Shown here piece by piece: positions 11,690 to 24,619 of a DNA stretch of 64,000 nucleotides. The stretch covers positions 86,862,001-86,926,000 of the forward strand of contig OX597816.1 in assembly GCA_951406725.2 (NCBI GenBank). Reading direction: 5' to 3'. Origin of the DNA: Octopus vulgaris. Its lineage: Eukaryota. Numbering within the stretch: the first letter of the stretch is position 1; every line of letters starts with the position of its first letter. Both the position numbers and the translations under genes were made by a program. The notes under the pieces were generated by a model that was not told the origin of the DNA, did no database searches, and worked only from the letters and a program-made list of their open reading frames with translations.

Positions 11690-12847
11690 TTGCGTGCGCA
11701 GTGAGAGCAAGTAGTGACCTTCATGAAGCTGTGTACCGTGGGATATCGCAGTGTTTACTTCGCAAGTTGTAAAATTTGTGTTTTTGTGATCACGTGTATG
11801 CTGCAGTTTGCGATTTTGACATGGACTGGAAGCAGGAACAAAGAGCCACCATGAAATTTTTCGTTAATCTTGGGAAGTCTGCTACAAAGACATTGATCAT
11901 GCTTCGACAAGCTTACGGTAACAAGGAAATGGGTAGTACGTTGACTGGTGGTCTTATTGCGCGCGAGAAACTGACGAGTAAGGAGGGCTCGACGACAGGA
12001 TGCAGTATCGTCGTGAAGTATTCAATTCCTTGCACTCCACAACTCTGGTCGCTTTTGCCGAATATCTTCCCTCAAACGCTCCAAATCGCCGTAGTAGAAC
12101 TCTCCATTGACGGTCTGGCCTTGGGTGACGAATTCGCGATACACAATCTTACGGATGTCGAGAACAACGATAAGCATACTCCTGTGCTTCGGCTCTATCT
12201 TGCCTTTTTCGATCGTGGAGATGAAGTCTTCTACCATTATCGCTGCTGCTGACTCGCCACAGGGTCATAGCCATAGACCCAACTCTCGTCACCGGTGATG
12301 ATCTTCGATATGATCATTAGCAGCACGTTGACGGAGCTCTTGACAGACTTCAACGCGATGTCCTTTCCGCTCAGTGGTCAGCAGGTGGGAAATAAACTTG
12401 GAAGAGACATGCCGCATGCTTATTTCAAACTTTAGGATTGCCTTCAAGGGCCCATACGATAGACCAACATCAATACTGTCGTTGACTGACCTCCGTCAAC
12501 CCTCATGCATATTCGTAAGTGATGCTCGTAGCAGGTCTTCCAGATAGCTCATCGTCTTTCAGGGAAGTTCTTCCACTTTCGAAGTGCCCTTGCCACTTAA
12601 AACATTGTGTACGACCCATCGCTTCGTCGTTTTAAGTTTGCCGAAGCATGATCAATGTCTTTATAGCCGACTTCCGAAGTTTAACACAAAATTTCACGTT
12701 GGCTCTTTCTTCCAACTTCCTGTCCATGACAAAATCGCAAAATTACGGCATGCACGTGATCACAAAAATTTTACAACTAGCGAAGTAAACACAGTGATGT
12801 CACACGACACACTGCCTCATGAAGGTCACTGTTAGCTCTCACTGCGT
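11690..12847 (-). mobile_element. Non-autonomous mariner derivative with ~250-bp inverted 5' ends
   Basis: EQRATMKFFVNLGKSATKTLIMLRQAYG on + (11821-11940) mirrored on - (12610-12727); internal - strand 'EFVTQGQTVNGEFY..LERLREDIRQKRPELW'. Confidence 0.85.
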
Positions 12848-12861
12848 GTGTGTGTGAATGT

Positions 12862-12893
<32 letters not shown>

Positions 12894-12914
12894 TTGTGTG
12901 TGTGAGTGTCTGTA

Positions 12915-13070
12915 CGATGGCTTATACCATTTATGAAATTCATTCAAAAAGCATTAGCCAGGCCGGGGTTGTAGTAGAAGACTCTTGTCCAAGGTGTTGC
13001 GCTGTGAGACCGAACCCTAAAGTACGTGGCTGCAAAGTGAGTTCCTTAACTATACGGTCATGCTTCCGCT
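12915..13070 (-). mobile_element. SINE family A, degenerate
   Basis: gtagtagaagactcttgtccaaggtgttgcgctgtgagaccgaacc matches the family A head region. Confidence 0.7.
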
Positions 13071-13682
13071 TATATATTCTTCATTACAAAGTTTTAAAAT
13101 TCATTAAAAATTGTAGTGAATGTAATGGTGGCTACCGCGTTTGTGACTGTCACCCCTGACTGCTAACACAAAAGAATATGCCATATTATTAAAACACACG
13201 TAAAAGAAGTTTTTTCCACGTATATCTGTTTGTCCTTTAGTTATTTTTTTACACTGTGCAAATAAATTTTCTATAATTTAAGGTGAGGGCGACGCGTATT
13301 TTTTTTTCTTTCGTGTTAGTGCTACCACTAACTTGGTGATCTTCTTTCCACTCGCTACATTAATACAAATGGCTCTGTCAAATAGTGTAACGAAAACAAG
13401 TGAAGAAAACATTATTTAAAATGTCCTTCCTGCCTTGTCTCCTCCACAAAAAAATACATACATATATATATAGAAATATGAAAAAAATAAATAAAAATGT
13501 AGAACCGACTCTCACCTTCTTTTTGTAATAGATTCACACTTTACGACACAGAAAATAATATAATTCAATTTACAAAATAACCCAATGTTTTTTTTTTTTA
13601 TTTTATTTATTTTGTTCTGAAATATACACAGTGCTAAAAAGACACGACTTCTCGGCTTAAAACAGAATAATAATATTCATAA

Positions 13683-13899
13683 TTTCAAATTTTGGCACCA
13701 AGGCCAGTAACCTCGGTGTGAGATGAAGGGTCAAGTCGATTACAGTGATCCCAGTAATCACCTGCTACTTAATTTATCGACCCCGAAAGGATGAAAGACA
13801 AAGTCGACCCCGATGGAATTTGAACACAGAATGTAAAGACGGACGAAATACTGCTAAGCATTTTGCCCGGGGTGCTAACGATTCTACCAGCTCGCTGCC

Positions 13900-13901
<2 letters not shown>
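13683..13901 (-). mobile_element. SINE family B
   Basis: Reverse complement of aaggcagcgagctggtagaatcgttagcac...gtcgactttgtctttcatcctttcggggtcgataaattaagta. Confidence 0.85.
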
Positions 13902-13977
<76 letters not shown>

Positions 13978-14015
13978 CTGATGATGATGATGATGATGAT
14001 GAGGATGATGATGAT
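13900..14015. repeat. (TAA)n-(TGA)n compound microsatellite
   Basis: Direct reading of the sequence. Confidence 0.95.
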
Positions 14016-14990
14016 TTCGTCTATTTGCCACCAAATGGGAAAATATAAAACAGACATACAGTATGGGGGTTAACATATAATGAAATGATAAAAATAAATA
14101 AGGAAAAAAATAAGTATAGACTGTATACAACGAAAAGGAAGGGAAATATACATAGTATACAAAGGCTTAAAAGAAAATGAAAAAAGAGGGAATATAGTGA
14201 TGTAGTCTCCCTGATACAGGATGACTGCTAGGGATAATCAAGAAACTCCACTATCCAAGTTCTTCCTGAATACCAAGGGCAAGTGCCCATTCCAATTCCC
14301 TTTCTCCGACTCTCAGATCTACACCTAAAGAGGTAGCATGCACTCTTTCAATTTTTCGCAACTTTCATTCACCCTTCAGTAAACTCACTCGAGGACAGCT
14401 CTTCTCTCTCCATCCTCAATTTCATTTTCAAGTGCAACTTGAAGTCCATTAGACCTATATCAAAGAGGAATGTATCTGTTCTCATGTCTTTCGGTCTTGT
14501 CCACCAGCCACAAGGGAAAGGAAAACTGCCTTGCCTGCCTGATTAAAGAAGGGCGGTGTGGCAATCATCACTAGGGATTCGGCCGATAGACGGATACGTC
14601 CCACAGGTGATAGCAGCTGTTTGATATAGCACCACAAGTCAGCAAGACCCGGGCACTGAACGAGGGCGTGCAGAACGATTTCGTCACTCTGTGCGCACCT
14701 CGGACTAGCCAGTCTGATAGCAAATCCGTGTCTATAGAGTTTATTTCGAACCCGTAACGTCCCCCCCACTACCACCATCACCAAGTAACACTGTTAGGCC
14801 AAGGACATCTGGAAATTATCCATGCTAGTCCCTGACAGGAAAGTCCTCCGGAACAGACTTTTCGTCGATGTCTAGAGCTTCCTCGAAAGCGTCCTGACAC
14901 TTCCCCGCCACTAATTCTCTATAAATTGCTAAGGTGGAACATCCACTAATCTCACTGCCCGACTGGTAGAGGGCTCTGCGCGCCAACAAT
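14016..14990 (-). mobile_element. Old L1/Tx1-like LINE 3' fragment (zinc-knuckle region plus UTR)
   Basis: VRNKLYRHG..PRCAQSDEIVLHALVQCP..DLW homologous to the ORF at 63232-63993; multiple disruptions. Confidence 0.85.
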
Positions 14991-15070
14991 TGAGGATACC
15001 ACAAGGCATTTATCCGAAGCTCTAACGATTATAACAATTCACCGTCAATCTGCCAGTCTAATAATAATGA

Positions 15071-15071
<1 letters not shown>

Positions 15072-15139
<68 letters not shown>

Positions 15140-15162
15140 CAGCAGCAGTAGTAGTAGTAGTT

Positions 15163-15226
<64 letters not shown>
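15072..15226. repeat. (TAG)n/(CAG)n microsatellite
   Basis: Direct reading of the sequence. Confidence 0.95.
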
Positions 15227-15227
<1 letters not shown>

Positions 15228-15229
15228 TT

Positions 15230-15500
15230 GGGACTCACAAAGAGAATATGTAAATACAATATTGTTTGGAGCTTTTCTACAATACTGACGAAAATGAGAC
15301 GGTGTAAATATATACTGGCAAAGCTAAGAGAACGAGAAAGCGACTATACGCTGGATTAGGATATTTTCACACAGTGGGATTACAGGAAATCTGTCGGGTA
15401 TAATTGTGAAGAACTATCTTCAGAGGACGATTCTCTTGTTAGAAGTATCAGCCCCAGCAGATGATACTGTATGTGTCGAATAAAAGATAAACAAAAAATT
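15230..15500 (+). mobile_element. Degenerate RLE-type (R4/Dong-like) LINE fragment
   Basis: IIVKNYLQRTILLLEVSAPADDT resembles the PDIVVKD..CLLIDMSxPxD endonuclease motif. Confidence 0.5.
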
Positions 15501-16399
15501 TATAATAATGGGTACTTAGATAAAAAAAATTTCGAAAAGCTTTTGGCAAATATATAGTTAAAACTCTAGGACACTGAATTTTGTGTAAATTCGCTCGATG
15601 TTTGATTTTACACACTCTACACAACTGTTATCAAATAATACAAACCCTACAACGCACAATCTAACTTAATCACCACCAAATAAAAAGTATAACATACGCT
15701 TCCATATTTGACACCTGACACTATATATATATATACAGTTTTCTCACCACCAAATCGCACATCTTATATCCTGTATATTTCACAAAATACACAGTATAGA
15801 TCTACTTGACAGCGCCCATTTTTAGTACAATATAATAAAAAAAATCTCTGCTCTTACCGAAGCACTCAAAGTTCTGATAGGTTATGTAGAAAAAGCATGC
15901 AATAGTAATATCGTAGAAATCATAGCATTTTGTTATTATTGATGTGTTTAATGCAGGATACAACAAAGAGCAATAGCAAAGTGATCCGATTGCATGTCAA
16001 GAATGGAAAATAGGCATGAAAATAGAAGCCTGTGATGAAAGAAAATTAAAATATATGAACTGAGAAATGCTTTCAAATAGAGGACAGGCAACGAAAGTTA
16101 ATCAGAGAATTGCACAAATCCCAGATTAACCTTAATGCAAATGTAATGAACTTTCTGATAAGTTTGAACCATCTCCAGCCACAGAAAACTCTTACTTCCA
16201 AAATATTTGCCAGAAAGTAATAGTTTCATCTCTATTCGTCGACTCTCGTTCTAAATAAAAGCTGAAAGCAAATTGGCCAGAGAGAAACAAAAACTGAACT
16301 ATGTCCATTCTTTTGTCTCTAACCCTCTACCACTTATATCATAACCACCGGAAAGAGAACTATTTCCAGCCCTTAATATCTATCGGAAAGCCGTTTTCT

Positions 16400-17563
16400 A
16401 CACATCGCAACAGATCAATACAACTCCATAAATTGCCAGTCTTCTAATAGTGAAGCAGTTCTTGGAAAGGTATTTTGCCTATCCGATACCAATTCCGTTT
16501 CTGTGAAATTTAGGATGTTCCTCCTCCTCTGGCACTTCTATACTAGGGAATTTAAGGGGACTCTGATCTGAAAACCATCCAGAATAGACTGCAGTTTTGA
16601 TCCGTATGGTCACAAAGCACATATATCACACATATTCACTACTAACTCTGAAAATACAATGACTCACGTTTACCTTTTCCCCACTGCTAGACATGTATGA
16701 GAATGTCTGCCTGCAAGCCAAATGTCAAACACCTTATCTTTTAATATGTTTTACAAAAAGATGGGCTGTGAACGATAACCATAAATTTTGTTCCAGAAAA
16801 TTCTATATCCATGGCGTATACTTGTACAACGTCAGCCAGAGTATCATAAAACCTCCGCTCAGTAGTTGTTGGCAACTGTTGTACCTACATATTAATGGTG
16901 CCTTTATTTGCCACTTTTGGTAGCAAGGGATAAAATATATTTAAATTCACTAGTGAATACAAAACATTTAGGGGGAAAATCAATAACAAATTCTCTCTCG
17001 CCGTTGTCATATTCAATTCCTCCATCTATATGACCATCAAGAGTTTGTTTCACTAGCGTGGCAAATATTAACGAGTTTTCAACAAAAGCCAATCAAATGA
17101 ATCTCTTTCATATTTTATTCATCATACCGTCAATCAACACGGACATTAGAATGAAGATATGTTCAAAAAACCGCCCCAAACAATAGTCACAATAGTCACT
17201 TAGACTACTTTCACACCTTGTCATTAGTTTGGCGTCAATAAGTTCAGAATGTTCAACCTTGGTACATTCAATTGCGCTATTGTTATAGTAGTGATTTAGG
17301 ATGTAAATTATATATATATATATATATAATATAACAGTCGTACTGGCTTTCATGGGAAACATGTATTTTTCGTGGTTGAAACCTTTTGGATTAACTGGTG
17401 CTAGGGTGATCAATATAGTGACCACTCTCTTATATTTATTTTGTGAAAATATTATAATATGTTATAAAATATTATAATAATCCAGGTTTCTCGTAGCACT
17501 AGGCCACTTGGTGTGGAATAAATATACTATTAAATTAGTATCTAATTCTCTCACCCTTATTAA

Positions 17564-17606
<43 letters not shown>

Positions 17607-17663
17607 ATGTGTACGTGTATACACATATACATACACACACAAACACACACCCACACCCACGCA

Positions 17664-17728
<65 letters not shown>

Positions 17729-18260
17729 GCCTCTAGGTATCCTACTTAATGTAATTACATCGGTGAAAGGCAACTTTACTGCGTTATTCGTCAAGAAGTG
17801 ATGCCTTTTATAAACCTGTTGTGTTTATAAATACAGTATATATAGGAGGAAGCCGAAAATTACACTGGAGTGGTTAGCGGGGGCACTAGATGCATATCGA
17901 CTACCTTGGCTTTTGGCAATGGCGTGTACTTGCAGCCAGCCAGGTGCTTAGACATGAATTGTCGCTTCTGGATTCATAGGAGGAAAGTGAATAAACCTTC
18001 ACTAATGTTGTTAAAAGCTACCCGGCTGAATATAAATTCATTTAATGCAGTGGAAACAGTATCAGATTAAAATAGTTATCTACGTATCATACTTAATGTA
18101 AAGATATCTTTGAAAGACAATTGTCCTGAGATAAAATCTTTTAACAGATTCGCATATTTTCACACCTTTAATGCTTCTGTTAATGTTCTGATGAAAAATT
18201 AAACACCGATACATGAAGTCAGTATTTCTTTGTATTAAAGTGTTAAGCTAATCCTACATT
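16400..18260 (-). mobile_element. Possible heavily decayed Polinton/Maverick capsid-gene region
   Basis: Broken ORFs 17108-17425 and 16904-17092 with a penton-like layout and a frameshifted '..KVNV-SLYF' end; 'LTNNAVKLPFTDVITLSRIPRG' resembles the major-capsid AKYP..IPxG motif; recalled motifs only. Confidence 0.3.
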
Positions 18261-18469
18261 TGCTAATCGTTATTCTCTCTGTATATCCTTTTTGTGTTCT
18301 TTGTACCTACAACATGTATGTATGAATGTTTAGGCACACATACACGCACATATCGATAGATTAAGAGAAGTACGCTTAATGAGTATATTTATATCGAATA
18401 CGAGGTAAAGAGTACGAAGTAAGGAATGCGAAACAAACTAAAGGAATTAGAATCGTGGGATAGTGTTAT

Positions 18470-18605
18470 TTTGACAGCTGTTTCGGGTGAACTATGACTT
18501 GTACTGTAGCTACATAATAAAGACGCATAATGTCGTAGGCGTATCGAATACCACATGTTGTAATGGAACCATTAAGCAAAGCCAACTCACCCTCAACGGA
18601 AAAAT
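18470..18605 (-). ncRNA. Hammerhead-like motif with an extended stem II
   Basis: tttt-CCGTTGA-gggtgagtt..(long insert)..agttcaccc-GAAAcagctGTC-aaaa. Confidence 0.5.
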
Positions 18606-18699
18606 ATGGTTATAAGCGTATTTGATAGCAATACTTACAAATATATAGATTTAAACGGTGTAATGGCGACAAAAAACTACAGGGAGGGATGGGAAGGGG

Positions 18700-19900
18700 G
18701 AAGGGATGGGGTAACTAAAAATGAATTAATTCTATGAAAGCCTCAGTTGATAATTAGAGAAAATACAGATAAATACATTATAAGGGAAGGGCAAGATTAT
18801 GGGGAGATTTGTCATAGAGAGGTATGGACAATAGACAGTAGATGGAAATGTTTGGTGGTAGATAATAAATGTCAGTAATATAGATTATTAGATTCTAAGG
18901 AAAACAAATGGTGCTAAGAATATGGTGAGCACACAAGGGTAGAGGTCTGCAGAGTGGAGAACGATGTACAGCGCGCAGTTAAGAGAGGGAAGAAAAGTTT
19001 AAATGTGTGAGAATTATGATATTGTATTACAGTTGTTAGAGGCAAGGATTAAAACTAAAAACAAATAGAGAAAGAAACGGGACGATGTAAGCTAGTGAGA
19101 GATAGTTTGTATGGAAATTACGTCAGAGAAGCGATTTAGCAAGGAGACGTCCTCGTTGCGTAATATAGTAAATGATTAACGGCAGCATAATTGACAGGGT
19201 CATCGATTTCCTATGGAGGGATTTCCACCACAAACTATGAAATAAAGCAGGTGATAGGGTATGCCCTCGGTTTGGAAATGGTGTATGAGAGTGACGAGGG
19301 AGATGGAAAGTTTCTGGGCTCTGGTAGAGAAGAGCTCAGATATGCAAGATAATCTCGCTTAAAATCAAAACGTAATACCAATGTAAGCCCTGATGAAGTG
19401 GGTCTATGGGGTGGTGACAATAAATTATGTACAACATTACGGTCCAGGTAGCTGCCACTCAAATAAAAGGTAGCAGGTACTCTGAAATTGCACGTTTCTT
19501 TATAGCGGGTTGAAGGTGACCCATTATTAGCCCTGTTGATGGAACCAGGAGTTTTAGCGTCACTGTTATTAAGATGGGGAGGATTAGTAAATTTAGGAAT
19601 TTGGAAATGAGGTTCACTGCAGACAAAAGCACTTAATTTATGACACTTGGCATTAACGCTATATGCTCGAGGCTTACGGTTCGTTGTATTACTAGGATAG
19701 GCACTATGATAATCAATAGTAATATTAGTGTCAATAAAAACATTATAGGTATTGATAGATATAATAGTAGTTATTGGAAACGTGATACAATACTTGGCGT
19801 TGGTATTTAGTCACCTCACTTAAAACAAGATAATACTGATCTTAGTAGAGTCATCTATCTTGTTTAGTATGTTTAATATTGTCATACGTCATATTACAGA
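18700..19900 (-). mobile_element. Degenerate, internally deleted CR1/L2-like LINE
   Basis: Remnants 'LIMGHLQP' (APE GDFN-like), 'RFDFKRDY', 'RFSDVISIQ', 'SHTFKLFFP' (CR1 C-terminus-like); pyrimidine-rich minus strand. Confidence 0.45.
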
Positions 19901-20427
19901 TAAAGTTGGTAACATACATTTTGCGCTGTGGGTGATATCAAGTAATATTACATCCGTAATTAATTTATGTTATTCATATTGATAACATATTTATTGTAAA
20001 CATACAAACCAGAATGTGTTTTATTTACTTTATTTTAAACGATAAATATTTCTAGTTTGAAAAATCAGTATTAATTTCAATGTTTTATGAAAGAAAAAAA
20101 ATGCAAGCAAATTTCCAAAAGAAAATTGTAATTACTGAACGTATAAATATTGTTATTAGCCACAATGGTAAAATTGTATTTCCCTACATATATATCCACG
20201 CGCAACTCTCATTCGCGCACACACTCACAACATATCACAGGCACACATAAATATAAATGTCTGCTTCAATGCAGAAATAGAAATCATAAATCTTTTATTG
20301 CTATGCGAGACACCCAGAAAGAGTACATCAAAATGTGTATGCAGCGTACTTTAAATTATGCTTTGATTCTAATATTGCTCTGTTTCAATACCTGAACTTG
20401 TTTCTGAAATGTATCCATACGTATATA

Positions 20428-20458
<31 letters not shown>

Positions 20459-20599
20459 CTGTGTGCGCATGCGTGTGTAAAAAACTTATAGAGTAAAATT
20501 AGAAGAGAGGAAAACATATAATCCATGAATTTTTTTCCCTTTTGCCACCATGCAAACTTTTATTTCTTTCCTATCTCTATTGCAACAAGTCCACTTAAT

Positions 20600-21920
20600 C
20601 TACCCACTTTGGGGGAAATAATTATTTATCTCAAAGAAAATGTCCAGCACACGATTCGTAAAACCCACAATGGAATACTGTTCTTTCAACTGGTATGCTG
20701 CTATAGTGCACACACGAATATCCAAAGAAGACAGCCTGGCTAATTTTCTTGCAAAATCTCCGCGCTGCACACAAGTACCGTCTCCTCTCCACACAGTTTA
20801 TTTCTACTTTTGAATAACTAGTGATGCAACAGAATAGAGATGTGGCAGCTACGTAGAATCCCAACTGCCTACTCGAGACACCTATACCTTCTTCTCTCAA
20901 CATTCCTATTTTGTGTCAGCACCTATACTCCACACTAACAACTCGACCAAAGCGTTGTCCTCGGAAAGCTTTTAAAATGCTTTGTGAATCTGAGATTGTA
21001 ACAGCAGACTTTTCCTCAACAGTTCTGGTGTATTTATGACATTTGTACTCAGCGCATGATCACAGATCACTCTCCTTACCAAACCATAGAAGACAAAAAC
21101 ATTGAATAAACTCAAGGAAATAACTAAAATAAACCAATGTTGTCAATTTGGATAAAATAGGTAACGAATGATGTACTGAATGTTGTATATCAATTAAATG
21201 TGATTTCTTTCTTAGTTGAAGAAGAAAAAATGTATGGGAAGTGTCATCGACTCTTCAAGAAATATGAAGAATATTTCGAGAAACTGTGATACAGTATTTT
21301 ATAGCAGTTAACTCTCTTCTTAGGGACAGATAATTCTGATCTTTTTCATGAAAAGTAAACTGCGAACATGTTTCGGTGTATTACACATCATCAGCATATT
21401 CACTCCATTTTACGCCATCATGAATAATTGTATATCCCCGCACAATGTTTCTACATAGCCGTTCACCCTCTACTGAGCTTACCATTCCTTATGTTAAGGT
21501 TGGTTTGTATTTCTCTTGCAGAACTTCTTGCCACCATATTCATCAGGTTAGTTTTGTGAGGGTGGCAGTGTAGTCATTGACAACCATAGTTTGTAACAGT
21601 GTATATGTGATCCAGTTTAATTGCCACAATACAGTCATATAACAAATACATATGTATGATTAGGTATGCGTGGATGTGAAGATTCAACAGAATTATATGA
21701 AAGCTATTCATGCTTTCTGTCTTGCATAAGCGCTCTTTAACCAAAGTTATTAAATCAGAACGCATGACTTTATTATTAATTTCACTGATAGTTTTTCCTT
21801 TACATGTGCTACACCACAGTACATCAGCAAATGGACATAACACTATTTGATTATCAGTCCCAGACCTGCAATTCAATTGGTTTCGAAGTGAGACGAATAC
21901 TTGGTATTGAGGAGTCACAA
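20600..21920 (-). mobile_element. Decayed hAT (ZBED-like) transposase
   Basis: 'WCSTCKGKTIS' (BED-like), 'VKERLCKTES..HAYL', and frameshifted 'LARLS..SSIPVER..SIVG' matching the hAT dimerisation motif SxPVERLFSxAG. Confidence 0.55.
21361..21396 (-). ncRNA. Minimal hammerhead-like core
   Basis: CTGATGA-tgtg-taata-cacc-GAAAcatGTT; palindromic stem III acatgt; stem I weak. Confidence 0.45.
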
Positions 21921-22152
21921 TAATGGCGAAACATTAGTATCTACCATTCTCGGACATTTGAGGCAAGTTATCTCACTTGGTCTGGGATATTCGGTGTTCC
22001 TTAACAATCGGCGTCGTGTAGGGAATTTTCAATATTCATTGTCCCGCAGCAAATGGACGTAAAATCAAAACGGTGTGTATGTGCAACCGACGATATTAAC
22101 ATTAATACACACACACACACATGCATATATATTTATATCTATATCCATCTAT

Positions 22153-22212
<60 letters not shown>

Positions 22213-22282
22213 AAATTGAGGGAGTGGATCAGATAAAGTCCTTTGAAATTATATCTTCGGCGAATTAACTTGCAATTATTTA

Positions 22283-22410
22283 ACGACAATGTAACTATAA
22301 TTTAGGTATCTTCGACTTAGAGAGGAGCTAGCTGACTACCCAGAGTAACTGAGTAATTGTTACATCAGAGGATCTACTAGCTAACAAACATACGTAGCGT
22401 AGATTTTACC
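22283..22410 (+). repeat. Second, more degenerate copy of the 5990-6122 repeat
   Basis: acgacaatgtaactataatttaggtatc..gagaggagctagc..actagcta.caaacatacgta..tagatttta. Confidence 0.6.
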
Positions 22411-22648
22411 TGCTCCACTCCATCAATCTGGATTTTCATTTGCATTCACAGCAACTCGAATTACAAACCATGAGCTATGAAAACATTTTTCAGCTTATTG
22501 AACTTCTATATCGGGAAAGCGTACATCTTTCGACGTCAATTAATTATTATTGTTCCTGAACGTTGTTTTGTATAACTGCTCAAAACTTACACACGTTCAA
22601 AAAACTGTTCAAAATTTACACACGTTCTACACTTGGATCCTCGGATCT

Positions 22649-22677
<29 letters not shown>

Positions 22678-22680
<3 letters not shown>

Positions 22681-22876
22681 ATCCAAACAAGAAAACACAA
22701 AAAAACAAAAAACACAACAACGCGAGGACGTGGAACAAATAAAGTATTATTGGACGCTCAGGAAAGAAGGGAAGAAGGAGGGTTTAACGTTTCGAGCGGA
22801 GATCTTCGTCGGAAACACAGGAGAAGGAAAGATACCGAGAAGGGAAGACGGAGGAAAAAAAATCACCAGCGGTTAT
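22678..22876 (-). mobile_element. Penelope-like 3' terminal fragment with a hammerhead-like motif
   Basis: gttt-CCGACGA-agatctccgctc-GAAAcGTT-aaac on -; related copies at 59130-59305 and 60200-60372. Confidence 0.6.
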
Positions 22877-22901
22877 ATACACACACACACATACACACAC
22901 A

Positions 22902-23058
22902 GAATGGGCTTGTTTCAGTTTCCGTCTCCCGAATCTGCCCACAAGGCTTTGGCCGACCCGAGACTTTGACGCAGTACACTCAAGATTCCACACAGTGAGA
23001 GTGAATCCGAGAGCATGTGGCTGGTAAGCAAGCTCATTACCACACAGGCACGCCTGCG
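22902..23058 (-). mobile_element. SINE family A, 5' part
   Basis: gtttcagtttccgtct..cacaaggctttggccgacccgag..taccacacag. Confidence 0.75.
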
Positions 23059-23716
23059 TTTTTTATGTTAATAAATCAAATGCTACACCGGTCAAATTTG
23101 GTTTACATCTTTTCAGAGTCGATAAAATAAGTACTCGATATAATCGACTAACTGATTGCCCCTAAAATTGCTGGCCTTGTACAGAAACTGGAAATTTTTA
23201 TAAAGAGATCTGATATTATCTTCTTTTTTTTTTTTCTACACGCAGTATCTCATTATTTCTGAGAAAGACACAGAATTTAAAATATGCTTTTCGCAAGAAT
23301 ATATATGGCATAAGTAACGTGAAGTATTATTATCTAGGGATTGAAACTGCTTCACTGACTTCCCTATTTCAAGGTTTATTCGCCTTTAATTCGCGCAAAA
23401 TTATCAGCTACGAAGATATTAAGGACTTTTAAACTCGCTGAGAATAAATGAGTTCAGCACACTTTTTAGAAAAGATGCTCTCATCAAATAATCATAAGAT
23501 CAATGAATTATAAATATACAAACACACACAGACATATTCACGAATTCGCACATACACTGAAATACACCAGCATACATTTACAATTTACACATACAGATTT
23601 ATAGGACACATCCATGTCTTCATTCTTCCCACGTTCCCCCTTAATCTGTGTCTCTTTCACTCTAACTATCACCCCCTATTTATCTCTCTTACTTTCTCCT
23701 TTCTTCCCTCTCTTAC

Positions 23717-23776
23717 TCGATATATGTGTATGTATGTACATGTATATATAAATATATATATATATATATGTATGTG

Positions 23777-23860
<84 letters not shown>

Positions 23861-23981
23861 CAAACTTTCCACCAAGCGAATGTACGTATATGTGTACATT
23901 TATATATATAGAGAGAGAGAGAGAGGGAGAGAGATAAATAGATAGATATATAGATAGATAGACAGACAGATAGATAGATAT

Positions 23982-24027
<46 letters not shown>

Positions 24028-24028
24028 G

Positions 24029-24069
<41 letters not shown>

Positions 24070-24471
24070 ACATATATATATATGTGTGTGTATGTGTATG
24101 TATATATATGTATAATGTATTTTATACATGTATATGTATATATGTATTATATGTATGTATGTATGTATGTATGCAGATATGTATGTATGTATATATGTAT
24201 GTATGTCCGAAGCTGTGCAATATAGATGAGAAATAAATGAAAATGCGGGCAAAATTAATTCTAACTCTAAATGAAGTCCCAGTACATTAATATATTATAG
24301 AAATCATCTTTCTTTATTTACAAATCACTTTTATTGAAACCTAAATTAGTATCTGACTTCCGATATTTTCCATTCCCAAAATTATGGATACGGAAGACAT
24401 ACGTACGAATGTATGTATTTGTATTTATGTATACGCGTGTATGTGTATGTGTAATGTGTGCATATATATGT

Positions 24472-24533
<62 letters not shown>

Positions 24534-24583
24534 GTATATATCTATATATATATATATGTATGTATTCATATGTGTATATATGT

Positions 24584-24619
<36 letters not shown>

